In this document: positions 47,861 through 56,672 of the stretch, piece by piece
Layout of the letters: each line of letters opens with the position of its first letter
How positions within the stretch are numbered: position 1 is the stretch's first letter
NCBI GenBank assembly: GCA_043801155.1
Contig: JAZDMI010000021.1
Coordinates: 194,683 to 258,682, forward strand
Reading direction: 5' to 3'
Origin: Candidatus Gottesmanbacteria bacterium
GTDB taxonomy: Bacteria; Patescibacteriota; Microgenomatia; JAMCYU01
DNA: 64,000 nt
Notes under the pieces: generated by a model
Told to the model about the DNA's origin: nothing
The model's database searches: none
What the model saw: only the letters and a program-made list of their open reading frames with translations
Program-made: the position numbers and the translations under genes

Positions 47861-49498
47861 ATGAAACGAAAAACGCTAGTTATAATTTTAATAATATTTT
47901 TTGGGCTGATAGGGATAAAAGCTCTATTCCATCCTGGATTTTACACTAATCATGATGGTGAACATCAGGTCATCAGACTCTATCATTTTGATCAGAGCCT
48001 AAAGGATGGTCAGGTCTCGCCTAGATGGGCAGGAACAGCGGATAATGGTTATGGATATCCCTTATTTATTTTTTCCTACCAGTCTCCTTGGTTTATCGGA
48101 GTACCGCTTCTAAAATTAGGATTATCTTTAACCGACGCGGTAAAAGGAGTGTTTGTAATCGGATTTATTATTTCGGGCATTACCATGCTACTGTGGCTTT
48201 CACAAATGTTAGGAACCCTTCCCGGTTTAGTTGGTGCATTCCTCTATCTGTGGGCACCGTTTAGATTTTCTAATATTTTTGTCAGGGCTTCACTAGGAGA
48301 AGCAACGGCATATTTATTCATTCCTCTTGTTTTTTGGGGAATTTGGCGAAGTATTCATCATAAAAAAAGCATGATATTAATTAGTATAGGATTAGCCGGA
48401 ATTATACTTTCTCACATGATGGTTCTGATTGTATTTTCACTTCCGATCATCATCTGGTCATTGATACAGGTATGGGAATCAAAACAAAAAATAACAGTCG
48501 CTAGAAGAATATTTATTGGTGGTTTATTCGGAACTGGATTATCCGCCTATTATTTTCTCCCGGCAATTTTAGAGATGAATTATACGGTTGCTAGTCAAAC
48601 TCTTCAGTCGCATTTTTTAGACCATTTCGTTACTCTGGAACAACTTGTATATTCAAAATGGGGCTATGGATTTGATTTTCCAGGGTCCGTTAACGACGCC
48701 ATGTCTTTTCAAGTAGGTATTGGCCAATGGCTTGCAGTAGGATTACTTTGTATTTTTATAATAATAGATTGGTGGCGAAGAAAAAAAATCGATATAGTTG
48801 CATCATTTTCAGTTGGTATTTTCCTTTTTTCTATTTTAATGATGATTCCAATTTCTAAACCAATTTGGGAATTTATGGTGAAGTATGCTTATTTTGATTT
48901 TCCCTGGAGATATTTAGGATTAGCAGTGTTCTCCGGTAGTTTGGCAGCCGCAATTCTTATAAGCAAACTCGGTAAACTTGGATGGATATTCACTTTCGTA
49001 TTTTTTATTATCGCATTTTATACTAATAGGAATCATCTTAATGTTAATCAATATATTTATAATAATGATTCTTATTATTCGGCTAATCTGCAGACGACGA
49101 ATATGTATGATGAATACCGTCCAAAAACAATTAATAGCGAATACTTAAAACAAAAGAGAAACCGGTTTGAATACGATAAAAAAGAAATTATAGTTAATCA
49201 ACTTATTTCTAAATCAAATTATCTTAAGGTTGAAGGACAGGCAAACCAACAGACGAAGTCAATAATAAACATTAGTTATTACCCCGGGTGGAATATTTGG
49301 CTTAACAAAGTTAAACAACCAAAATCAGTTAATGGAGATGGGGTTATGGAAGTAATTTTACCAAAAGGCAAGTTTGATTTGCAGGTGATATTTCAGAATA
49401 CCTTACTGCGAACAATTTCTAATATTATTTCATTGATTTCAGTAAGCCTTATTGTAATTTGGTTAATACCTAAAAATAAAACCTTTTCTAAAAACTGA
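47861..49498 (+). CDS. 'PTPS-related' membrane protein, predicted GT-C (group D)
   Basis: NHDGEH, GQ..PRW....GYGYP, RASLGE, WGYG...MSFQVG, DFPWRY, DEYRP, YYPGW. Confidence 0.72.
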   Translation: MKRKTLVIILIIFFGLIGIKALFHPGFYTNHDGEHQVIRLYHFDQSLKDGQVSPRWAGTADNGYGYPLFIFSYQSPWFIGVPLLKLGLSLTDAVKGVFVIGFIISGITMLLWLSQMLGTLPGLVGAFLYLWAPFRFSNIFVRASLGEATAYLFIPLVFWGIWRSIHHKKSMILISIGLAGIILSHMMVLIVFSLPIIIWSLIQVWESKQKITVARRIFIGGLFGTGLSAYYFLPAILEMNYTVASQTLQSHFLDHFVTLEQLVYSKWGYGFDFPGSVNDAMSFQVGIGQWLAVGLLCIFIIIDWWRRKKIDIVASFSVGIFLFSILMMIPISKPIWEFMVKYAYFDFPWRYLGLAVFSGSLAAAILISKLGKLGWIFTFVFFIIAFYTNRNHLNVNQYIYNNDSYYSANLQTTNMYDEYRPKTINSEYLKQKRNRFEYDKKEIIVNQLISKSNYLKVEGQANQQTKSIINISYYPGWNIWLNKVKQPKSVNGDGVMEVILPKGKFDLQVIFQNTLLRTISNIISLISVSLIVIWLIPKNKTFSKN

Positions 49499-49507
49499 AT
49501 AATTAAA

Positions 49508-50602
49508 ATGAGATTTGTAATAATAAGTTTTATAATCTGGCGGTTGTTACTTACATTAATTACTCTGATCAGTATAAATATTTTACCATTAAGAACTGGC
49601 TTTTTAGGCGGTGGGCTAGAAAAGTATGCACCGAATCCGCTACTTTGGGGATGGGCTAATATGGATGGTGTACATTATCTTTCAATTGCTCAAAACGGAT
49701 ATTTCCAATTCGAACAAGCCTTCTTTCCGTTATATCCTTTACTGATAAGGTTAATTTCCAAAATCAGCAGTTTGGATAACATTATTTCTGGTTTAATGAT
49801 TTCACATATTAGCACCCTTTTAGGAATTATTATTTTTTATAAATTTATTGAGAAACAATTCTCTGCAAACTTAGCTAAACAAGCAATTGTTATATTTCTT
49901 ATTTTTCCTGGGTCATTTTTTTTGGTTAGTGTTTATACCGAAGGATTATTTTTTTTCTTAATTATTGCTTCAATTTATTTTACCAACCAAAAAAAGTGGT
50001 TTTTGGCTTCAATATTTGCCGGTTTAGCCAGTGCAACCAGATTGGCGGGGATCTTTTTACTCCCGGTCATGCTTTATATATGGTTAAAAGATAATAAGAA
50101 ATCATGGCAGCAGATACCGATTATTTTATTAAGCTCATCGGGTTTATTATTTTATTTATATTATCTATGGAAAATATATAATGATCCGTTACTTTTTTTC
50201 CACGTTCAGCCGGCATTTGGAGCTAATAGGTCTGGAGAATCTATTATTATTTTACCGCAAGTTTTGTTTCGTTACATAAAGATATTTGTAACCGCAAGTT
50301 TTTCATATGATTATTTAATTGCCGGTCTTGAGTTTGGCTTTTTTTTGTCAGCAATAATTTTGCTGATTAGATGTATTCATAAAATCCCTATTAGTTATCA
50401 GATTTTTGCCTGGTTGAGTCTGCTTGTTCCGACTTTAACCGGAAGTTTATCATCAATGCCCAGATATCTATTAACTATTTTTCCTCTATTTATTTGTCTA
50501 GCCTTAGAAAAAAAACCGGTGAAAATCTCTTACATAGCTATATCGGCAATCATTCTAGTATTTACAATGATGTTCTTTTTCCGAGGTTATTTTATATCTT
50601 AA
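49508..50602 (+). CDS. PIG-V/Gpi18 (GT76, Mannosyl_trans2)-like GT-C
   Basis: WANMDGVHYLSIAQNGY...AFFPLYPLL, YTEGLF, TRLAG, SMPRY....FP. Confidence 0.75.
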   Translation: MRFVIISFIIWRLLLTLITLISINILPLRTGFLGGGLEKYAPNPLLWGWANMDGVHYLSIAQNGYFQFEQAFFPLYPLLIRLISKISSLDNIISGLMISHISTLLGIIIFYKFIEKQFSANLAKQAIVIFLIFPGSFFLVSVYTEGLFFFLIIASIYFTNQKKWFLASIFAGLASATRLAGIFLLPVMLYIWLKDNKKSWQQIPIILLSSSGLLFYLYYLWKIYNDPLLFFHVQPAFGANRSGESIIILPQVLFRYIKIFVTASFSYDYLIAGLEFGFFLSAIILLIRCIHKIPISYQIFAWLSLLVPTLTGSLSSMPRYLLTIFPLFICLALEKKPVKISYIAISAIILVFTMMFFFRGYFIS

Positions 50603-50621
50603 TCATTTTTATACAATATAA

Positions 50622-51335
50622 ATGTTATTATCAATAATTATTCCCGTTTATAACGAAGAAAAAACGATTGGCCAGCTTTTAAAGCTATTAAACTCAGTAA
50701 ATATTCCTTCAGTGCAAAAAGAGATTATCCTTATTGATGATGGTTCAAAAGACCGGACATCAATAGAGATTGACAAGATTAAATCCTCAATCGCCGGACT
50801 TAAAATAATTCATCACCAACAGAACTCTGGTAAAGGATCCGCGATAAGAAGCGGATGCGAGTTAGCCACAGGTAACTATATTATTGTTCAAGACGCCGAT
50901 CTTGAGTATCAACCATCAGATATCGTTCGCTTACTGGATCCGATCATCAATCACAAAGCGGAAGTAGTTTATGGTACTAGACTTAATCGTCTTCCTCATA
51001 TATTTAAAGAAGAAAGGAGTACCCTTTTTTTTCTTCATTATCTCGGTAATAGAATTTTAAGTTTATTAACAAGTATACTTTATGGTCAGTGGCTTACTGA
51101 CATGGAGACAGGTTATAAGGTATTTCCCCGGTCAGCTTTAAAGAAGATTACTCTTAAAGCAAACGGTTTTGATATTGAACCTGAGCTTACAAGTAAACTT
51201 ATAAAGGCTGGTTATCACATTCTTGAAATTCCAATTTCGGCTAATCCGCGGAATTATAAACAAGGTAAAAAATTTAATACCATAAAAGATGGATTTATGG
51301 CTTTTTGGAAGATTCTGTTATATCGGTTTACTTAA
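50622..51335 (+). CDS. GT2, DPM-synthase-like
   Basis: IIPVYNEE, IDDGSKD, GKGSAIR, QDADLEY.P, YGTR, LTDMETGYK, FDIEPE.T. Confidence 0.87.
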   Translation: MLLSIIIPVYNEEKTIGQLLKLLNSVNIPSVQKEIILIDDGSKDRTSIEIDKIKSSIAGLKIIHHQQNSGKGSAIRSGCELATGNYIIVQDADLEYQPSDIVRLLDPIINHKAEVVYGTRLNRLPHIFKEERSTLFFLHYLGNRILSLLTSILYGQWLTDMETGYKVFPRSALKKITLKANGFDIEPELTSKLIKAGYHILEIPISANPRNYKQGKKFNTIKDGFMAFWKILLYRFT

Positions 51336-51339
51336 GAAT

Positions 51340-51951
51340 ATGAATCTCAATTTTAAAATTCCCGATAATCTCACCCGCGGATATGGACTTTTTGAGAATT
51401 TTCTGGCAAAAAAAAGAGCGCAAAAAGCAGATAAACTTATCGATAACAACTTAAGAAGTGGTCGAATTCTTGATATCGGTTGCGGTTCATATCCATATTT
51501 TTTATCGTTAACCAGATTTCAGGAAAAATATGGGTTGGACAATACTTATAATCACGAAATTATTAATAACCAAAAAATAAATATTTTAAAACTGGATATC
51601 GAGCAGACACTCCTTCCCTTTCCTGATCAATATTTTGATGTAGTCACGATGTTGGCCTTTATTGAACACGTAAATCCGGATAGATTACCAATACTCTTAC
51701 AAGAGATTAAGCGAGTTTTGAAAAAAAACGGACAATTAATAATAACGACTCCGCCTTCATGGGTAAAACGATTATTATTTGTGTTGTCAATTATCAATTT
51801 TGTAAGTAAAGTTGAAATTAAAGACCACAAAAACTCATTTACCGAAAAAAGCTTAGTCGGAATTGTCGAGAAGGCTAATTTCCCATCAGAAAAAATACGA
51901 TGTGGTTTATTTCTTTATCACTTAAATAGATGGCTTACTGCTAGAAAATGA
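51340..51951 (+). CDS. Class I SAM-dependent methyltransferase
   Basis: ILDIGCG, LPFPDQYFDVV, IEH, RVLK.NG.L..TTP. Start moved to ATG 51340 to avoid overlap. Confidence 0.85.
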   Translation: MNLNFKIPDNLTRGYGLFENFLAKKRAQKADKLIDNNLRSGRILDIGCGSYPYFLSLTRFQEKYGLDNTYNHEIINNQKINILKLDIEQTLLPFPDQYFDVVTMLAFIEHVNPDRLPILLQEIKRVLKKNGQLIITTPPSWVKRLLFVLSIINFVSKVEIKDHKNSFTEKSLVGIVEKANFPSEKIRCGLFLYHLNRWLTARK

Positions 51952-53426
51952 TTAAAAATTTATTAAGCAAATATTACCAACAAGTTGTATTCTTAATTTT
52001 ACTTTTAAGTTTTATCTTAAGGTTTTTCAATTATGAAAATCGTTGGGGATTAGCATATGATCAAGCCCATGATGCCCTTGTTGCTAGATACGCTGTCGAG
52101 AATCTAAAATTACCATTGGTTGGGCCGTTTTCTTCTGGTGCTCAATTTCAGACATCAGGTATTTGGTATTGGTTGTTAATGTTAGCTACCTTATTATATC
52201 GGAATTCAATAATTACTCCCTGGATTATTATTACGATAATTTCCCTTATATTTATTTGGTTAATGATCATTGTGGGTAATGAACTTGTTGATAAAGAATT
52301 TGGATTATTAGCTGGGTTATTATCGTCTGTGTCTACGGCCCAGATAGCTCAATCAACAAATTTAACACTGACGGCTCCAATGGCGGTAATATCACTTTTA
52401 ATAATTTTTTCAATGATAAAATACATAAAAACAAAAAATTATCGATATATTTTTTTATTGGGATTTTTTACTGCGTTAGCCCCGACGATACATCTTCAGG
52501 GAGTGGTTTTGATAATATTCTCCATAATTACTTTTATATACCTAAGACATCTTGATATCAAAGCTTATATTTTATTTTTTATCGGCTTATTCTTACCACT
52601 TACGCCACTTATAATATTTGATCTACAAAATAATTTTGTTAATATATCAGGTCTTGTTAATTACATACTTTTCGTCCAATACAGGATTTCTTACGAAGAG
52701 CTTGGGCGACGATGGTTGACATATCTAGGTGTTTTTTGGCCTGCTTCGTGGGCGAGAATTATCGGTGGGGAGGTGATATTAGGTTATGCTACTATATTAA
52801 GTTTAATAACTTTTTCTTTCTACCGTATGGTTAAAAAACAGCTAACGAAAGAATGGTTAATTATTATGTCATCTTTTGCGATATTTATATTGGGTTTAAG
52901 ATACGTACGGACTCCATTATTTGATAGTTATCTTGTTTTTTTACACCCCTTTATTTTGTTTTTAACCACATGGTTATTATTACAATTCAAAAGGAAAAAT
53001 TTGATTATATTTATTTTTGTATTACTAATAGTTATTTTTGCATCCCTTAGAATTGATATTTTAGAAATTAAAAACAGTGGAAATTCTACTGCAAAACTAA
53101 GCCAAGATTGGCGGGAACTTATCCTTAATAAGTTTCCAGGTAAGAAATTTGCCGTCTATGATCATGATTATAAATCAGCTGGCTTAAGTTTACCGATAGT
53201 ACTATACTTATATGAACAAGATAAAATTGCCAACGATGGCATTAAGATTGGTTTTTCTAATATCATCGAAGCGTCAAGCAGTGGTTTGGTAAAAGTATTG
53301 AATGGCCCCGGTGGTCTTAATCTCTATCAGCTAAACAAATCAACCTCTAATTTAGTAAAAGATCGATGGGTGTCTGTAAATCCAAGTAGTATTTATCAAT
53401 CAACCGAAGAATGGAATTTTTACTAA
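51948..53426 (+). CDS. GT-C PMT_2/ArnT-like glycosyltransferase (group A)
   Basis: RWGLAYDQAHD, LPLVGPFSSG, RWLTYLGVFWP, YLVFLHPF. Confidence 0.75.
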   Translation: MIKNLLSKYYQQVVFLILLLSFILRFFNYENRWGLAYDQAHDALVARYAVENLKLPLVGPFSSGAQFQTSGIWYWLLMLATLLYRNSIITPWIIITIISLIFIWLMIIVGNELVDKEFGLLAGLLSSVSTAQIAQSTNLTLTAPMAVISLLIIFSMIKYIKTKNYRYIFLLGFFTALAPTIHLQGVVLIIFSIITFIYLRHLDIKAYILFFIGLFLPLTPLIIFDLQNNFVNISGLVNYILFVQYRISYEELGRRWLTYLGVFWPASWARIIGGEVILGYATILSLITFSFYRMVKKQLTKEWLIIMSSFAIFILGLRYVRTPLFDSYLVFLHPFILFLTTWLLLQFKRKNLIIFIFVLLIVIFASLRIDILEIKNSGNSTAKLSQDWRELILNKFPGKKFAVYDHDYKSAGLSLPIVLYLYEQDKIANDGIKIGFSNIIEASSSGLVKVLNGPGGLNLYQLNKSTSNLVKDRWVSVNPSSIYQSTEEWNFY

Positions 53427-53458
53427 ATAAGTATTTTTTATCAGGAACGATTATAGGA

Positions 53459-53485
53459 GAAAACCTTGGACTTTAGTCTAGGGAA
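53459..53485 (+). repeat. Palindrome CCTTGGAC-TTTA-GTCTAGGG, a second copy (opposite orientation) of the 3580-3600 hairpin
   Basis: GAAAACCTTGGACTTTAGTCTAGGGAA aligns with the reverse complement of 3578-3606 (GAAAAACCCTAGATTTTTAGGCTAGGGAA). Confidence 0.6.
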
Positions 53486-53494
53486 GCTTATAAT
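53466..53494 (+). promoter_or_regulatory. sigma70-like promoter, probably leaderless
   Basis: TTGGAC (53466-53471), 17 nt, TATAAT (53489-53494), 6 nt, ATG 53501. Confidence 0.6.
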
Positions 53495-53500
53495 ATATCT

Positions 53501-55174
53501 ATGCCTAGATATATAAGAAATAACCTTTTTCTTATTTTAATTTTAGTCTTATCTTTTTGCCTGCGGTTTTGGCAGTTAGGCAGTATTCCGTCCGGGATTC
53601 ATGCAGATGAAGCTGTTACTGGTTATACTGCTTATAGTTTAGGTAAAATAGGAGTTGATCTTGGGGGTACCTTTAATCTATTTGGAATAACTGATGTTAA
53701 TATTGGCGGGACTGCACCGCCAATATATACTTTTATATTAGTTCCCTTAGTTAAGATCTTTGGACTTAGTATTGGGATTATTAGATTACCATCAGCTATA
53801 TTTGGAGTTCTCTCGGTCATTTTAGTATATTTAATTAGTAAGAATTTGTTTAAATCTCAGCAACTTTCTCTTCTAATTACTTTCCTTTTTGCCGTTAATC
53901 CTTGGGCAATCCATATTTCCCGGCAAGGGATGCTAGAATCAATATCCTTACTTTTTGTTCTAGCCGGAATATTTTTTTTCCTTTATAGTGATAATAAAAA
54001 ATATTTATTTATTATTTCTGCTTTATTTTTAGGTTTATCTTTTTTTGTTTACGATGCCCCAAAAATCTTCTTGCCTCTGTTTGTGTTAGCCCTGTTTTTT
54101 TATAAAAAAGATATGATTTTTAGGAATAAAAAATACTTTTTAATATTTATTATCGTATTTTCAATTTTTCTTTTAGTATTATTTCAACAGACTTTTTTAG
54201 TCGGAGAATATAAGGAATTTACCAAATCTAGCATAATTAATATTAACAAGATTGCTGAAATGGTTGATGTTGAGAGAAATCTTTCACTGGCACCCCTTTG
54301 GTTAACAAAAATTTTTCATAACAAGTTGACAGTAGGTTTTAAAACTTTTTTAAACAGCTATTCTACAGTTTTTTCCTTAAACTGGTTTTTCTTTAATGGT
54401 TCAAATAATCTTCAGCAATCGGTCGGACGTCATGGGCAATTCTATTTTTTTGAATTGCCTTTTTTCTTCTATGGATTATATTTATTGTTCAAGACCAATA
54501 AAAAATTGTTCCTCTTTTTATTATCTTGGATTTTCATCGGAGCCTTACCCGGTGGATTAACTAGTGGTAATTATGCCTATCGTTCAGTGCATATTTTACC
54601 AGCGCCGATATTCTTTTCCGGTTTAGGATTATATAGTTTTTGGCACATGTTAAAAAAATCATCGGTTGTTAAGCAATTGATTTTAAAATTAATTCTAATT
54701 ATTATTTGTTTTTCATTTATAACTAGTTATTTTCTAACATATTACTTTGACTACCCTGTCTATGCATCAGAATGGTGGGCTAAGCAGCAAAACCAAGCAT
54801 TAGAATATGCTCAATCACGGGAACATTCTTATCAAAAGATATTTATTGATGGTGAAGGATCTTGGGTTGTTATGTACGCCTTCCAAAATAAAATTGATCC
54901 CAGTATGTATAGACAGGCATATCAAAACCAAGTTTTAGTCAATAACACAAAAACTATCCAATTGGGTAAATTTTACTTTGGACAACTAATCCCTTCGGAA
55001 GAAAGTGATACTTTTAAATGCTCATACGTTAAAAATTGTACTCCGTCCATCTATTTTCCTAAAAATTCATTGGTTATTACTAATGCATTGAATTTTCCAA
55101 AAGAAAAATATGTTAAAGCTTTTTATGACCCCGGTGCGGTACGTATTATCTTTAAAGCATTCGCCGTCAAATAA
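53501..55174 (+). CDS. GT-C PMT_2/ArnT-like glycosyltransferase (group B, divergent)
   Basis: HADEAVTGYTAYSL...G.D, FGLS...IRLPSA, NPW.IHISR, FHNK, GQFYFFELPF. Confidence 0.75.
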   Translation: MPRYIRNNLFLILILVLSFCLRFWQLGSIPSGIHADEAVTGYTAYSLGKIGVDLGGTFNLFGITDVNIGGTAPPIYTFILVPLVKIFGLSIGIIRLPSAIFGVLSVILVYLISKNLFKSQQLSLLITFLFAVNPWAIHISRQGMLESISLLFVLAGIFFFLYSDNKKYLFIISALFLGLSFFVYDAPKIFLPLFVLALFFYKKDMIFRNKKYFLIFIIVFSIFLLVLFQQTFLVGEYKEFTKSSIININKIAEMVDVERNLSLAPLWLTKIFHNKLTVGFKTFLNSYSTVFSLNWFFFNGSNNLQQSVGRHGQFYFFELPFFFYGLYLLFKTNKKLFLFLLSWIFIGALPGGLTSGNYAYRSVHILPAPIFFSGLGLYSFWHMLKKSSVVKQLILKLILIIICFSFITSYFLTYYFDYPVYASEWWAKQQNQALEYAQSREHSYQKIFIDGEGSWVVMYAFQNKIDPSMYRQAYQNQVLVNNTKTIQLGKFYFGQLIPSEESDTFKCSYVKNCTPSIYFPKNSLVITNALNFPKEKYVKAFYDPGAVRIIFKAFAVK

Positions 55175-56672
55175 GAATTTTATTATATCGTACCAATTCC
55201 TTATTCTATCTATAATTATTCTTCTAATTGGTAGTATTCCTCGGGTGATCGAACTGCTAACTGGTAACTATCTATTTGAATATGACCAGGGAGTTATTTT
55301 TCAATCAATTAAAAAAATTGTCGTTGATTATAAATTAACCCTAATTGGAACAGAAGTGGGAGGTATTGGTGGTTTTTTCCAAGGACCTGGTTGGTATTAT
55401 CTCCTATCCATTCCGTTTATAATAAGCGGTGGTAACCCTTATGGTGCGATGATTTTAATGTATATATTAGGATTTATAACAATATCTTTATCAATAATTA
55501 CCGTTACTCATATATATGGCAAAAATACTGCCTTAATTGTTGGATTTTTTATTGCTATTTCGCCGGCAATTATTTCCCAATCTCGTTTTATTTGGGCTCC
55601 ATTTCCAATTTCGCTTTTAACTGTTTTATTTCTTTATTATCTTTACCGGGTTTTTAATAACCAAAAAGAATTTCTTCCACAATCAACACTAATGCTAGGA
55701 TTAATGACTCATTTTGAAACAGCAGTAGCGGTTACTCTTTTAGTTACGGTACTTATTCTTATTCCTATTTTTATATTCAAAAAATTAACAACTTGGAAAA
55801 TGCTTTTTTTATCTGGGATTATATTAGTAGTATCTCAATTACCGCTAATCCTTTTTGACTTACGACATAATTTTTTGAATCTAAAAGGAATATTACGATT
55901 AATATTAACTACTGGGGGATCAAATCATAATTTAATGACGCTATTATATAATCGATTAGATATTTTTAAAGGCGTTTTATTAGACTCATTCCCCATGACC
56001 TACTACTGGTGGCCGTTTCTTCTTATTATATTAATTGGGATATTGATGTTTTTAAGTGATAATAAAAAATCTCCAAGTCAAAAAATGATGATTTTTTATT
56101 TAGTCTTTTGTCCATTTCTAATTTTTTTATTATTTTTAGGATATAATAAAGCAATTTGGACGTGGTGGATAATCGAGTTACATATTTTTTATTGCTATCT
56201 TATTGGAATAATATTGGCTTATTTTTGGGAGAAAAATTATTTAAGAATTCTCGTCAAAATAACTTTAGTATTTTTCTTTTTATTGAGTGTATATCAAACT
56301 TATAATTTATATAATAATGATTATAATGATTTTGGTGGTGTCCACAAAATTAAAGGTAAAATTCAGGCCTTAGATTATATTTATCACGATGCTAATAATA
56401 AGCCTTTCAACATAATGATTTTTTCGCCGCCAATTTATACCGACCCTTATGATTATTTACTTTGGTGGTATGGTAAAAGTAAATATAGATATGTCCCGGA
56501 AAAGAAAATTGCCGGAACCCTTTATCTATTAATCGAGCCAGATTCATATAAACCATGGTCGTATAATGGGTGGTTAGAGACGGTAATTAAAAAAGGAACG
56601 GTCATCAATAGAAAAAATCTTCCGAGTGGTTTTATAATTGAGAAAAGGTTGATAGGAGATAATAAGATATGA
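55110..56672 (+). CDS. GT-C PMT_2/ArnT-like glycosyltransferase (group A); start uncertain
   Basis: FEYDQG, KLTLIG...GGFFQGPGWYY, SRFIWAP, FDLRH.F.N. Overlaps the upstream gene by 65 nt. Confidence 0.7.
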   Translation: MLKLFMTPVRYVLSLKHSPSNKNFIISYQFLILSIIILLIGSIPRVIELLTGNYLFEYDQGVIFQSIKKIVVDYKLTLIGTEVGGIGGFFQGPGWYYLLSIPFIISGGNPYGAMILMYILGFITISLSIITVTHIYGKNTALIVGFFIAISPAIISQSRFIWAPFPISLLTVLFLYYLYRVFNNQKEFLPQSTLMLGLMTHFETAVAVTLLVTVLILIPIFIFKKLTTWKMLFLSGIILVVSQLPLILFDLRHNFLNLKGILRLILTTGGSNHNLMTLLYNRLDIFKGVLLDSFPMTYYWWPFLLIILIGILMFLSDNKKSPSQKMMIFYLVFCPFLIFLLFLGYNKAIWTWWIIELHIFYCYLIGIILAYFWEKNYLRILVKITLVFFFLLSVYQTYNLYNNDYNDFGGVHKIKGKIQALDYIYHDANNKPFNIMIFSPPIYTDPYDYLLWWYGKSKYRYVPEKKIAGTLYLLIEPDSYKPWSYNGWLETVIKKGTVINRKNLPSGFIIEKRLIGDNKI

